Shown: positions 13,793 to 30,504 of the stretch, piece after piece
Layout of the letters: every line of letters begins with the position of its first letter
How positions within the stretch are numbered: the first letter of the stretch is position 1
Source of the DNA: Eledone cirrhosa
Lineage: Eukaryota
Length of the DNA: 64,000 nt
Reading direction: 5' to 3'
NCBI GenBank assembly: GCA_964016885.1
Contig: OZ024753.1
Location: 6,758,001 to 6,822,000, forward strand
Translations under genes and position numbers: made by a program
The notes under the pieces: model-generated
Seen by the model: only the letters and a program-made list of their open reading frames with translations
What the model was told of the DNA's origin: nothing
Database searches by the model: none

Positions 13793-14059
13793 TAATAACA
13801 AAAATAATGATACCAACAACAAAAACTACGTTGATATTAGTAATGAAAATAATGATAATAACAATAAGAAGAAATAATAAGAAAGATGGCGGTAAAAATA
13901 GAGAGAAGAATAGGAGACAATATATAAGAGAAAATATATGAGAAAAATGAAAGAAAAAAATAAATTGGAAGTCAGAAGTGAATGGAAGAAGATGAAATGG
14001 CGAATATTAGATATGACAATGGTTTTTGATAGTTCTATCATTTTATTGCAGTTGACAGA

Positions 14060-14890
14060 CATGGTGGTGGTGATGGTGATGGTGGTGGTGGATATTGTGG
14101 TGGTGATGGTGGTGGTGATGGTGGTGGTAATGGTGATGGTGGTGGTGATGATGGTGGTGGTGGTGATGATGGTGGTGGTGGATATTGTGATGGTGGTGGT
14201 GGATATGGTGATGGTGATGGTGATTGTGGTGGTGGTAATGATGGTGGTTGTGGTGATTGTAATGATGATGGTGTTTGTGATGTTGGTGATGGTGATGATG
14301 GTGATGGTGATGGTCCGGTGGTAGTGGTGGTGGATATTGTGGTGGTGGTGGTAATGGCGATGGCGGTGGTGATGATGGTGGTGGGTGATATGGTGATGGT
14401 CATGGTAATGGTAATGGTGGTGGATATGGTGATGGTAATGGTGGTGGTGGTAATGATGGTGGTGGTGGTGATTGTAATGATATGTGTTTGTGATGTTGGT
14501 GATGGTGATGATGGTGGTGATGGTCATGATTGTGATGATGGTGGTAATTGTGATGGTGGTGGTGATGGTCATGATGGTGATGATGGTAGTAATTGTGATG
14601 GTGGTGGTCGTGATGATGATGGTGATGGTGGTAATTGTGATGCTGGTGGTGGTGGTGATGATGATGGTGGTGGTGATGGTGATTGTGATAGTGATGGTGG
14701 TGCTGATGATGGTGATGGTTATGGTGACGGCGGTTGTGGTGATTATGATAGTGATTGTGGCGGTGATGGTGATGGTGATGTTAATGGTAATGGTGGTGAT
14801 GGTGGTGGGGATGATGCTAATGGCGAGTCTGATGGTTATGGCGATGGTGATGGTGATGACGATGGTGATGTTATAGTGCGGTGGTAGACG
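14060..14890. repeat. (GAT/GGT)n trinucleotide repeat
   Basis: Direct inspection. Confidence 0.95.
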
Positions 14891-15078
14891 ATGATGATGC
14901 TTATGAAGATAATTCCGATGACGAGAACGACAACAACAACAACGAGGAAAATGATGACTTATGACGATGACGATCGTGATGATATAGTGCAGGGAGTGGT
15001 GATGATGCTTATTAAGATGACTGATAACGATAACGAGGGCGTCATCGTCGTCGACAACAACAACAACAGCAGCAACGA

Positions 15079-16815
15079 GGTTAGTCGTGTGTCTAGTGGT
15101 ATTAGAGAAGTGGTAGAGAAATAAGTTATATTTGGGGTTGTTTTGAAATTATAACTAGTAATAACTGTTTCTACTTTTGGCACAAGGCCAGCAATTATCC
15201 AGTACATTACTGGTACTTTATTTTATCGACCCCGTAACGTTGAAAGGCAAAGTTAACCTCGACGGGATTTGAACTCAGATCATAAAGAGACGTAACTCTA
15301 TGCTTCAAAGCATGGTGTCCGACGCTCTACCGATACTGCCAATCCACCGCCCTTAACTAGTAATAACATGTTACTGACTATAGAACATACAGACATATCT
15401 AACTATATCACGTTGGACTAGATAATGTACTCGTGCTATTTTAAACATATAGTTGTAGTTGCTTTTTTATTGCTGTATAGCTGCCATAAGGTTAGTTGTG
15501 TGTCTGATGGTATTAGAGAACTGGTAGAGGAATAAACTATATTTGGGCTTGTTTTTGAGATTCTAACTAGTAATAACAGTGTAGTAATAACATGTTACTG
15601 ACTATAGAAAATACATAGAGAAGTGGTAGAGAAATAAGCTACATTTAGCTCCTTTGCTTAAACGAGATGAAATAATAATAAAAGAAAATATCCTTCAACT
15701 TAGTCTTTGGAACTTAATGTTGTTTTTGTAGATTTGGGGTTGTTTTGAGATTCTCAGCGTAGTAATAACATGTTTCTGACTATAGAAAAGACGCATATTT
15801 TGATTGAAAATGGTTGCAGCGGAGGGTATTGTAATTGTTGGTGAACTTAGCCTGTTTATTATACTAGCATTTTTTTCAACACGCTCAAGAGTATGTGAAT
15901 ATGTGTCTATGTGTATATGCACACAATTATATGTATGAGTAAAATATATACACAATGTACACTATTGAGTCTATACATAAACAAACTCATTAACTACCTA
16001 ATGAACACAACCACAAGGATATGGTCCGAACGTTGAAGAGACGAACTCCCACTGTCATCGGCTCCATCTCTCTTGCCCTTCCCATCTCTCTGTATGGTGA
16101 GCAAATGAGGTTATCTAACTATATCACGTTGGACTGGGTGATATACTTGTGCAATTCTGAACATAGAGTTGTAGTAGTTGTAGTAGTTGTAGTAGTTGTT
16201 TTTTTTTAATTTCTGTATGGGTTATAGTTGCGATAAGGTTAGTTGAGTGTCTGGTGGTATTAGAGAAGTGGTAGAGAAATAAGCTATATTTGGGGTTGTT
16301 TTGAAATTATAACTAGTAATAACGCGGTACTGACTATAGAAAATACCAGACATATCTAACTATATCACGTTGGACTAGGTAATATACTTGTGCTATTCTG
16401 AACATATAGTTGTAGTAGTTGCTTGTTATTGCTGTATGGGTTATAGTTGCTATAAGGTTAGTTGTGTGCATGATGGTATAAGAGAAGTGGTAGAGAAATA
16501 AGCGATATTTAGGGTTGTTTTGAAATTATAAATAGTAATAACATGTTACTGACTATAGAAAAAATAGACATATCTAACTATATCACGTTGGACTAGGTAA
16601 TGAAATTGTGCTATTCTGAACATATAGTTGTAGGTGTTGCTTTTTGATTGCTGTATGGGTTATAGTTGCCATAAGGTTAGTTGGGTGTCTGGTGGTATTA
16701 GAGAAGTGGTAGAGAAATAAGCTATACTTAGCTCCATTGCTTAAACGAGATGAAATAATAAAAAAAATCCCTTCTTCTTGGAGTTGTTTTGAGATTCTCA
16801 GTGTAGTAATAACAG
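15079..16815. repeat. ~219-bp tandem repeat, interrupted
   Basis: GGTTAGTTG..GTGTCTGGTGGTATTAGAGAAGTGGTAGAG recurs at ~15079, 15490, 16237, 16456 and 16675. Confidence 0.85.
15166..15353 (-). mobile_element. Full-length SINE with 14-bp target-site duplication
   Basis: TAACTAGTAATAAC at 15152-15165 and 15354-15367. Confidence 0.9.
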
Positions 16816-17062
16816 TGATATTACTGATTTGATCTTGGTGATGATGATAGCTATCTAAATATGACGGCGATACAGTAGCAGTGGCAGTGGTAATGGTGCT
16901 GATAAAGTAGAGATAAAGGAATATGGCTGCCTTTGACAGAATGATGTATAAAATGTGACACATCTGCCAACCATCGGAGTTGGCCAATCGCTGGCAACAG
17001 ATATTTCCTATTCTGTTTTTTCTTATAGATATTGATATTGAAGGTTCATGTATGAAGATATG

Positions 17063-17099
<37 letters not shown>

Positions 17100-17132
17100 G
17101 TGTATGTATACGTGTATGTATGCATGTATGTA

Positions 17133-17197
<65 letters not shown>

Positions 17198-17295
17198 GTG
17201 TATGTAGGCATGTATGTATGCAGGTATGTATGTGTGTATGTATGTATGCAGGTATGAATGTAGGTTTGTACGTGTGCATGCTTGCATGTATGTAA

Positions 17296-17350
<55 letters not shown>

Positions 17351-17439
17351 TGTGCCTGTGTGCGTGTATACGCATATATACAGATATGCACACACATATT
17401 TATCTTTGTAATTTTTATCTTCTACTTTTTCTATATATA

Positions 17440-18090
17440 CATTATACATTATATATATATATATATATATATTCTATATATATTATATATATAGATATTC
17501 TATATACATTATATATATATAGATATATTCTATATACATTATATATATAGATATTCTATATACATTATATATATATAGATATATTCTATATACATTATAT
17601 ATATGTATATATTCTATATACATAATATATATATAGATATATTCTATATACATTATATATATGTATATATTCTATATACATAATATATATATAGATATAT
17701 TCTATATACATTATATATATATATTCTATATACATTATATATATATATTCTATATACATTATATATATATATATTCTAAATACATTATATATATATATAT
17801 TCTAAATACATTATATATATTCTATATACATTATATATATATATTCTATATACATTATATATATATATATTCTAAATACATTATATATATATATATTCTA
17901 TATACATATATATATATATTCTATATACATTATATATATATATATTCTAAATACATTATATATATATATATTCTAAATACATTATATATATATATATATA
18001 TATTCTAAATACATTATATATATATATATATATATATTCTATATACATTATATATATATATATATATTCTATATAGATGTATATAGAATG

Positions 18091-18122
<32 letters not shown>

Positions 18123-18196
18123 GATAGATATATATATATAGATTCTAAATACATTATATATATATATATATATTCTATATAGATGTATATAGAATG

Positions 18197-18240
<44 letters not shown>

Positions 18241-18314
18241 TATATATATATATAGAGATTCTAAATACATTATATATATATATATATATATTCTAAATAG
18301 ATGTATATAGAATG

Positions 18315-18356
<42 letters not shown>

Positions 18357-18404
18357 TATATATATATATATAGATTCTAAATACATGTATATAGAATGTA
18401 TATG

Positions 18405-18440
<36 letters not shown>

Positions 18441-18496
18441 TTCTAAATACATTATATATATATATATATATATTCTAAATAGATGTATATAGAATG

Positions 18497-18538
<42 letters not shown>

Positions 18539-18586
18539 TATATATATATATATAGATTCTAAATACATGTATATAGAATGTATATG

Positions 18587-18622
<36 letters not shown>

Positions 18623-18678
18623 TTCTAAATACATTATATATATATATATATATATTCTAAATAGATGTATATAGAATG

Positions 18679-18720
<42 letters not shown>

Positions 18721-18762
18721 TATATATATATATATAGATTCTAAATACATGTATATAGAATG

Positions 18763-18804
<42 letters not shown>

Positions 18805-18846
18805 TATATATATATATATAGATTCTAAATACATGTATATAGAATG

Positions 18847-18894
<48 letters not shown>

Positions 18895-19377
18895 TATATA
18901 TATATATATATATATATAGATTCTAAATACATTATATATATATATATATATTCTATATACATTATATATATATATATATATATTCTATATAGATGTATAT
19001 AGAATGTATATGTATATATATATATATATATATAGATATATATATATAGATATATATATATATATAGATATATATATATATATATAGATATATATATAGA
19101 TATAGATATATATATATATATATATAGATATATATATAGATATATATATAGATATATAGATATATATATAGATATATATATATATATATATAGATAGATA
19201 TATATATATATATAGATATATATATATATATATATATATAGATATATATATATATATATATATATAGATATATGTATATATATAGATATAGATATATATA
19301 TATATATAGATATATATATATATATATATATAGATATAGATATATATAGATATATAGATATATATATATAGATATAT

Positions 19378-19446
<69 letters not shown>

Positions 19447-19745
19447 TATATATATATATATATAGATATATATATATATATATAGATATAGATATATATA
19501 GATATATATATATCTATATATATATATCTATATATATCTATATATCTATATATATATATATATATTATATATACAATATATATTTATATATATTATATAT
19601 ACATTATATAAATATTATATTTACAATATATATTTATATATATTATATATACATTATATATATATTATATTTACAATATATATTCATATATATTATTTAC
19701 AATATATATATATATATATATATACATTATATATATATATATGTA

Positions 19746-19776
<31 letters not shown>

Positions 19777-19780
19777 CATT
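17440..19780. repeat. Compound TA-rich satellite with a ~182-bp higher-order duplication
   Basis: Identical ORF translations at 18270/18452; recurrent TTCTAAATACATTAT motifs. Confidence 0.9.
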
Positions 19781-19883
19781 ATATCGATAAAATGAAGTAC
19801 CAGAAGTACCAGTAATGCACTGAGTAATTGCTGGCCTTGTGCCTAAAGTAGAAACAAGTATATATATATATATATATACACAC

Positions 19884-20039
<156 letters not shown>

Positions 20040-20479
20040 CATACACACACATACATACACAGACACATATAATAAAAAAGAAGGGAAATGAGCGCAGTGA
20101 TGATAGCGTTTTAGTTATGTTCCCTTTGATGTAGCGTTGGTTCTGTTGGTATATGTTGTAGATGTCTTAATCGGGGAAAGATGAGTTGATATTGATTTTG
20201 GTGATGACATTCATAGCTGATATGGTTTCCTTATTTTCGTTGTTGTTATTGTTGCTGTTTGCGATGCTTCTGTTGACTGTGGTGATATTAGTTATGCTGA
20301 TAGCGGTAACGATGGTTGAAATCACATATTTCGGCTTGGATTGCTGCTCTTGTTGCTCATATTATTGTTGCTGTATTGCCACTAAAGATCCTTGATTCCT
20401 TGATCGATTAGTCCATCGGCTAATCGTCCAAAGTAAAAGGGGGCCATCCGTAGACACACTTTATTATATATATATAACC

Positions 20480-20835
20480 TGACATGTGAGACTTGTAATA
20501 GGGTTTGCCTGAGCATGGCAGGTCTTAAGAGTCACCTGAGAGTGCACAAGAAGAGGGAAGCAGGCACCTGTGGAGCTATAAGTGTTCATCAGACGACGAC
20601 ATGTAATGTTTGTGGAAGGGTATGCAGGTCGAGTAGTGATCTCACACGACACCTAGGGTCACGTGGTACCATGGGCCCAGCACTATGTGTCAATAATTGT
20701 CACAAGTGTAGTGTTTGTACCAGAGATTTCAAGTCGCTGGCTGGACTAAAAAGACACACTCGTTCAGTGCATCGGTAGAGGTTCTCCTACATGGATATAA
20801 AGTAGTGTCCTTACTCGAAAACGCGTTGGCAGCCA

Positions 20836-20838
<3 letters not shown>
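20480..20838 (+). mobile_element. Probable 3' end of an RTE-type LINE with three C2H2 zinc fingers
   Basis: GLKSHLRVH, CNVCGRVCRSSSDLTRH and CSVCTRDFKSLAGLKRHTRSVH then stop; no TGEKP linkers; TA runs on both sides. Confidence 0.6.
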
Positions 20839-20886
<48 letters not shown>

Positions 20887-21480
20887 AAGTATTTCAGAAG
20901 AAAGATCAAAGGAAAAAAGAGTGCTCTATGTATAAAACAGAGCTATTTAATTAGAAAGTGAACAACACATTATATAACTACTTCATTACCAAATGTTTTA
21001 GCTTATATAACCCTCTATCTGTTTGGTGTTTGAAGTTAGACGTTATGAATGCAAAGATGGCTAATCTGGGTGGGATTTGAAAGCAGAACGTAAAACACAA
21101 AAACTTCATGCAGTAAAACAAAATGTCCGATAGTCTACTGATACTGCCATTTCACCGCGGTCACAATAATATCGACAATGAAACCTTTTGAATAGGATTC
21201 GCCCTTAATAAGCTTATCAGAAGTCACACTTTCTGTTACATTTTTAGTTGGTAGGCCACTATCCCCTTAATGTATTATAAAAAAGTCTTAATACAAACTA
21301 GTTGCATTTGATTGGTGAACAAAACGAAAATAAATACAATGGAATCCTTGTGTACGAAGGAAGAGATGAAGATTTAAGGTGCGAGACGCTTTCACTAATC
21401 AGAATGGATAATACCACATGCGTACACAGAATACCTATATATCCTCGCACACATACAGCCGAAGGCAGTCACACACTGCT

Positions 21481-21527
<47 letters not shown>

Positions 21528-21586
21528 TTATATACACACACATATACACACACTATATATATATATATATATAGACACACGCAGCT

Positions 21587-21634
<48 letters not shown>

Positions 21635-21802
21635 GCAGCTAAATTTATATATAGATATACAGACAGCTACACATATGTATATACATATACACGCAGCTAA
21701 ATATATATGTATAGATATACAGGCAGCTACATATATATATATATGTATATATGAATATATATACCTGCGTACATATATATATATAGATATACAGGCAGCT
21801 AC

Positions 21803-21859
<57 letters not shown>

Positions 21860-22167
21860 TATATATACCTGCGTACATATGTGTATGGTTCAATATAAGG
21901 TAGTATATTACCTTGCTTAACGAACACATGAAATGAATTATATTACCCTAGGAATCCTTATAGGTGGCAGTAACGTTATCATAAAATAATCCAGGTGTAA
22001 ATATTTCAGCTATTAGCGTCTTAACACATTACTTCAACTGCAATGGGTCTCCTAATTATCCCCCTTGCCTGAGAATCACACGACATTTGGAGCTGCAGGC
22101 AAGTCAATTACAGTGAAGAGGTACTTTGTTCACGAACTAAAAATCTCCAATGATGCCAAACAAGAGA

Positions 22168-22206
<39 letters not shown>

Positions 22207-22209
<3 letters not shown>

Positions 22210-22248
22210 CTGAAATACATATGTCCCCTATAAACATATTGTATTAAC

Positions 22249-22288
<40 letters not shown>

Positions 22289-22327
22289 CTGAAATACATA
22301 TGTCCCCTATAAACATATTGTATTAAC

Positions 22328-22369
<42 letters not shown>

Positions 22370-22408
22370 CTGAAATACATATGTCCCCTATAAACATATT
22401 GTATTAAC

Positions 22409-22450
<42 letters not shown>

Positions 22451-22489
22451 CTGAAATACATATGTCCCCTATAAACATATTGTATTAAC

Positions 22490-22496
<7 letters not shown>
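22207..22496. repeat. Four copies of a ~48-bp unit separated by (TA)n
   Basis: AAGCTGAAATACATATGTCCCCTATAAACATATTGTATTAAC repeated. Confidence 0.9.
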
Positions 22497-22524
<28 letters not shown>

Positions 22525-22569
22525 GTATTGATAGATAGTTGGATATAGATAGATATATACATACATAGG

Positions 22570-22764
22570 TACAGAGAGAGATAGAGTGGTAGAGAGAGAG
22601 AGGAGAGAGGGGGGAGAGATAGAGAGACAGGGAGAGAGAGAGAGATTTAGAATTAGAAAATTAGTGTGTGGGAGAGAGAGAGAGACATACACACAGAACG
22701 AGAGAGAGAGAGAAAGAAATTAAGAGAGGGATATTCAGAAAATTAGTGCGAGGTGGTGAGAGAG

Positions 22765-22809
<45 letters not shown>

Positions 22810-23192
22810 GAGAGCGAGAGTGAGAGAGAACGAGAGCGAGAGAGAACGAGAGCGAGAGTGAGACAGTACGAGAGCGAGAGAGAGACATTACGAGAGCGAG
22901 AGAGAACGAGAGCGAGAGTGAGAGAGAATGAGAGCGAGAGTGAGAGAGAACGAGAGCGAGAATGAGACAGTACGAGGGCGAGAATGAGACAGTACGAGGG
23001 CGAGAATGAGAGAGAACGAGAGCGAGAGTGAGAGAGAACGAGAGCGAGAGTGAGAGAGAACGAGAGCGAGAGTGAGACAGTACGAGAGCGAGAGAGAACG
23101 AGAGCGAGAGTGAGACAGTACGAGAGCGGGAGAGAACGAGAGCGAGAGTGAGAGAGAGAGAGAGATAGAGTGTGTGTGTGTGTGTGTGTGTG
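22570..23192. repeat. GA-rich compound minisatellite
   Basis: (GA)n with GAACGAGAGCGAGAGT units. Confidence 0.9.
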
Positions 23193-23640
23193 CGAACTGT
23201 GTTTAAATATTCCCTGGTAGCTAAGATATATTTACGCGTTAACTATTCAATGCTTCGTCTTCAATTGAATTTGTAGTATTATTTAAGGGGTGGTTACTAA
23301 CATGCCGTCGGTATCAGCAGAGATTACAGAGAAGACGTATCTATATTGCCGATTGAATTATCAATACAACAAGCGGCTCTTTTATCTTCTCGTCACTTGC
23401 ATGCAAAATCGAAGCAAAACCATCGATAATTATTTAAGTTATTATGTAATGATACGGTTGAATTCCAATATTATAGGTATTGCAGATGTGTATCAACGGT
23501 GGGAGCTCAACGCACCCCGATTAATTACCTTTAGATTGAACAGGATGAAACAAGATGAAATACAGCGAAATTCCGTTATAGCGAAATTCCGTTATAACGA
23601 AATTCACGGGGTATAAAAAAAGCGCTGTAATGAAAAATTC

Positions 23641-23679
<39 letters not shown>

Positions 23680-23885
23680 GTAGGTCCCGGGTTGAGTCGG
23701 GGATAACCACAGTAAGTAAGGTACTCAATACATGGCAGAGTAACATTTTTTTATTTTATAGAAGGAACTTCTACAGAACTAGTACTGTTTCAGAAAAAAT
23801 TAAATGTAGAAATTAAATGTTTATGAAACAGTACTAGTCCTGTAGAAGTTCCTTCTATAAAATAAAAAAATAAAAAAATAAAAAA
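23680..23885. mobile_element. Inverted-repeat insert, family G
   Basis: Arms ~23746-23791 and ~23824-23870 carrying GAAA-cagtactag-TC; tail at left; copies at 44698, 58415 and 60257. Confidence 0.75.
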
Positions 23886-23917
<32 letters not shown>

Positions 23918-23944
23918 CCATGTGCAACCATGCAGTATTCTTTA

Positions 23945-24448
23945 GGGCGGTGGATTGGCAGTATCGGTAGAGGGTCGGACGCCATGCTTTCCAGCATAGT
24001 TACGTCCCTTTACGATCTGAGTTCAAATCCCGCCGAGGTTGACTTTGCCTTTCATCCTTACGGGGTCGATAAAATAAAGTACCAGTAATGCACTGGGTAA
24101 TTGCTGGCCTTGTGCCTAAAGTAGAAACAATTATAAACTTCAACATACATACACACGTTATCGTTATAATCTATCATACACTCACTTAGACATACTAATC
24201 TACCCCTCTCACGAACAGAGGCTACACTACGAATACACTATACACACACACAGTGTAGGGAGGTGGATTGGCAGTATTGGTAGAGGGTCGGACGCCATGC
24301 TTGCAGCAAAGAGTTACGCCCCTTTATGGTCTGAGTTCAAATCCCGCCGAGGTTAACTTTGTCTTTTATCCTTACGGGGTCGATAAAATAAAGCACCAGT
24401 AATGTACTGGGGTAATTGCTGGTCTTGTGCCAAATGTAGAAACAATTA
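23945..24448 (+). mobile_element. Two full-length tRNA-derived SINEs (~23945-24133, 24258-24448)
   Basis: Near-consensus copies with A and B boxes. Confidence 0.9.
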
Positions 24449-24513
24449 TACACTCACACATACTAATCTACTCCTCTCACGGACATGGGCTACACTATCA
24501 ATACATTATACAC

Positions 24514-25496
24514 CAGGGGTTCTGAACCTTTTTTTCGCTGTGGACCACCAAAATAAGTAATTCTTTTTACTGTGGATCACCCAAACTTTTAAATCTTTTG
24601 TAATAGAACTGCTACTTATAAGCAACAGTAGATGTTTTTTTTTTTCAATGAATTAGAAAATGCTATTATCATGTCGCAGTGCCTAAAAATCTACGCAAAT
24701 AAACAGCTGAAGTCGTACTTCTGCGAAGAATAAGAACAGCGCTTTAAGTCAAATGCATGGATCAAAAAATAATTTGCTATTGCACCAAGCAACGCATAAC
24801 TTATTCGTTATTAATTTGAATTTTTTCGATTTCATATCTCAGCGACAAATATGAAGCATTGATCTTGAGTATAAGTTTCTACTTCTAATTGATAAGATCG
24901 ATTTGATTGGTCAATACCATTTACACTGTGATAATGAAGGATCTTCTGCGCTGGATATAAAACCATATCTGATATAATCTGAGATATATCGTCTACAAAA
25001 TCGTTTTTCCGATTCGGTGAACGAAGAATTTAGAGAACGTTTTTCCATATCACTGGCAACAAAATTTCTACAGACTACAATTAGACTAACACTTCCGTAA
25101 AAATGTACGTACCTGGAGAGATAATAGGTTATGCTGGGTAAGCCGTAAGAACTGCTGTTTTGCTAGTAATCCTCAATTCAAAAGTCAGGTAGAAAACACG
25201 ATTGTGCCGACCGGCCGAGAACACGCCATTAGTTGTGTGTTTTTATGCGCGCTAATGTCTGTACTTGTCTGGTACGCGTCCGTGTATGATTGGATAGATA
25301 ATCGTCCAATAGGAAAGGCGGGCTCCCAAGTGCACTCACAGGTGCGAGGTGTGATGAGGCATGTTTCGTTTGTGTGACGTGTGCGTGTACGGAAGAATTT
25401 AAATTATTCAGGTGGTCCACAGAAAATTTTCTGTGGACCACCTGAATTTCCCTGCGGACCGCTAGGGGTCCACATGGACCAGGTTGATAACCCCTG
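24514..25496 (-). mobile_element. Non-autonomous hAT (Charlie/Buster-like) DNA transposon
   Basis: TIR CAGGGGTT/AACCCCTG; perfect 8-bp TSD TTATACAC; minus-strand remnant RRYISDYIRYGF resembles a Buster-type transposase N-terminus. Confidence 0.9.
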
Positions 25497-25682
25497 TTAT
25501 ACACACACACAACATTACTTCAACGCACATAAACAGTACACACATTCAAACTTACATTCATTCACACATACATGTCAACTACCACTAACACATTGATATA
25601 CACATACACGCTCCATCTTTGTTACTTTACACATTTTACCTTTTAATCACACACATTCAAATTTACACTTACACTCATACAT

Positions 25683-25820
25683 ATAACTGTTTCTACTTTA
25701 TGCACAAGACCAGCAATTACCCAGTGTATTACTGGTACTTTATTTTATCGACTCCGTAAGGATGAAAGGCAAAGTCAACCTCGGCGGGATTTGAACTCAG
25801 ATCGTAAAGGGACGTAACTA
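25683..25820 (-). mobile_element. 5'-truncated SINE
   Basis: Matches the family consensus. Confidence 0.85.
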
Positions 25821-26609
25821 CACTCATACATATAACGACACTAATACACACACTCCACTTTGCGTTTCTACACGTTACCAAGACTACCGTAACAGCTTTT
25901 TTGTATTCCCTGTTCATTTCCTTCTTTTTTATAGTGTGTGTGAGTGTGTGTGTATGTGTGTATATGTGTGTGTGTGCGTGTGCGTGTGCGTGTGCGTGTG
26001 CGTGTGCGTGAGTGAGTGAGTGAGTGTGTATACTGCACATTCCTTCGGTGTCTCCATTGTGATCTTTTCTCTATTTATACTCTCGAAGAAGGGTTTATGT
26101 CCGACACATCGAACTTTCCTCATTCCAATATACAGCGTGAAAATAAGACTTCTGGTTCCTCTGTTGTCTCCTTCAACTATATATTTATCATCATTTATCA
26201 TCATAATTATCATCATCATCATCATCATCCAGTGGCCTCAGTCGAAATGGACTCAACAATCGATCTCCTCGTGGGTGTGTCGTTCATTGCCGTTGCCAAG
26301 TCCTGGATTACAATACCAGAATCTCTGGAGATGACATAGGGGTAGCAGAGCTTGCGCCCCCTGTTGTTAGGGACCGCTTATAAATAGGTGTAGAGGTGCA
26401 AGGTAATTGTCTCTGTAGGCAGTATGCAGGGTGAGCACTCGATGCTTGACCGTCAGAGACGAGCTTGCATATCGAAGCATATATGAGCATCTTACGATTC
26501 CAGAGTCAGGTTCGATCACTAATAGATCGTTCCTCGAGCTGATCGACAGTGAAACATATGTAATATGTTATTAAATATGTTATGATGCAACCCTGATTCT
26601 TTGTTCCTT

Positions 26610-26641
<32 letters not shown>

Positions 26642-26653
26642 TGTATGTATGTA

Positions 26654-26749
<96 letters not shown>

Positions 26750-27187
26750 TGTGTGTGTGTGTGTGTGCGTGCGTGCGTGCGCGCGCGCGCGCACATGTAT
26801 GTCTCCAAACACATTCATACGCACTCCAAGCCTACCTGGTTTAACTTATCCTACATTTAATTTTTTCTAACCCCATCCAGGTAAATGATCTCATTAATCA
26901 GGAGTATTTAAACTAATTTTATACTACAAATCTCGACAGGAAAACACATTATTTGTATTTCCGATTTACTAAATTGACAACAATTCTCCGTGCTATGAAT
27001 TCGTATCTTTGTTCTCGACATTTTTTTGTTTGTTTGTACTTCTTTCGAAATATTCTCACCGCTTCCCTGTAGGTTATTTATGTATTGTCGTGTACAGCTT
27101 TCAGATACAATTAGAAATGCAATCGTGATAACATGTTCGTCTTCGATGTGGTAAATTAAGAATCATTATCAAGGACATTATGAAGGA

Positions 27188-27376
27188 GGGCGGTGGGTTG
27201 GCAGTATCGGTAGAGGGTCGGACGCCATGCTTTCCAGCATAGTTACGTCCCTTTACGATCCGAGTTCAAATCCCGCCGAGGTTGACTTTGCCTTTCATCC
27301 TTACGGCGTCGATAAAATAAAGTACCAGTAATGCACTGGATAATTGCTGGCCTTGTGCCAAAAGTAGAAACAATTA
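27188..27376 (+). mobile_element. Full-length SINE
   Basis: Matches the family consensus. Confidence 0.9.
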
Positions 27377-27414
27377 TAATATATATACACATATACACAC
27401 ACACATACACACAC

Positions 27415-27449
<35 letters not shown>

Positions 27450-27642
27450 TAAATTTCCATTATAGCGAATACCATTATAACGAATTTTTCAATATAACGT
27501 AAATTTTATCAACGTGACACGTAGTAGACAACTGAGGAAGGGAAACTCTCCATCTTGTTTGTGTCGCTTTACCTTCTAACACTCGTTATCAGTAACCACA
27601 CAGCCTCGTCTCCCTCAATCCATATTTTCGTACACACACACA

Positions 27643-27690
<48 letters not shown>

Positions 27691-28044
27691 AATATATATA
27701 TACATATGTATATGGATTTGTAATTACGTGTGTTATTATGATAGTATGCCATTATGCAGTGGATATACAAGCCACATTCTCAAACATTCTATGCCGTCGT
27801 CCTTCTTGGCATAATGTCGTAAGGAAATTAAGGTTTTCCTTTAACGAAATATCTATTGAACAATTAAATATACCTTATAACTTTCCAAATATAATTGGCT
27901 TCCTTCATATTTCGAATAGATTCAAGTAATTCATAAGTAAAACCACGAAATTACTCAGATCTCTGGACTGGCATCAACTATGTGGGTTTGCATAGAAACA
28001 GAATTAACGTTATTTGAATATAAATTATTGTATAGACACACATA

Positions 28045-29700
<1,656 letters not shown>

Positions 29701-29738
29701 GAGTTTACATATCAAACTTCCAAACCTACCCCAAACAG

Positions 29739-29781
<43 letters not shown>

Positions 29782-29881
29782 CGCATACATGAATACATAT
29801 AGAATATACATACATATACATACATTAATATATTCATAGACATGTATATGTATTTGTGCGAGCTTGATTTGCCATATGTAC

Positions 29882-29970
29882 CTTCTGTTTCCCATCACTG
29901 ACGAAGAAATCTCAGCAACCGCCACAAATATCACTACCAAAGACCACAAACACAACAACTTTAATACCAT
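29882..29970 (-). CDS. Candidate first coding exon of a secreted protein (signal-peptide-like)
   Basis: [29 protein letters not shown] followed by an AG|GTACAT donor; no downstream exon linked with confidence. Confidence 0.25.
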
Positions 29971-30504
29971 CACCGACACCAACACTAACTTATTTCCCTA
30001 TTCCCTATAACCCATGAAACAAGATCTGTGTGGCTGCCAAGCCTGTAAGTTTCCGATCGTGATTTTGACTGACGGCTGTTTTAGCTAATGCGTTGATATG
30101 TCAATATTATATATTAAAAATGTCAGAAAGTGAAAATATGTAATTAACATGCGCAGTGAACCTTGTTCAAAATTCTTTGATTCTAGCCGTTGTACTTATA
30201 TGGTATGTCACGACTTCCTTTATTGAATGACCAAGTGATATCTTTCTTTAAATTTCGTTTCTGAATTTTAACGATCGCAGCCAACAAGTGTCTCAGCTGA
30301 CATGGTTTCATTGATGACCGTTCAGTAACATACTTGTTCATTAAATCACCTGTGCGTACTTAATATAAGATAGCTGCAACTGTTTAATCCCACATCTATC
30401 TTATTTGAACAGTTAAATTAATCAATGCATGCGTTCTAATCATATAGATCGCCATTTTATTTTCACACCTAATGTATCCCAGAAACACATTATTAGTTAT
30501 TACA

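Noticed and set aside
22207-22496. CRISPR-like repeat-spacer appearance
   Set aside because: The spacers are plain (TA)n, the context is eukaryotic, and there are no cas genes
23945-24030. tRNA genes
   Set aside because: The A/B boxes belong to SINE heads; there is no cloverleaf and they continue into the SINE body
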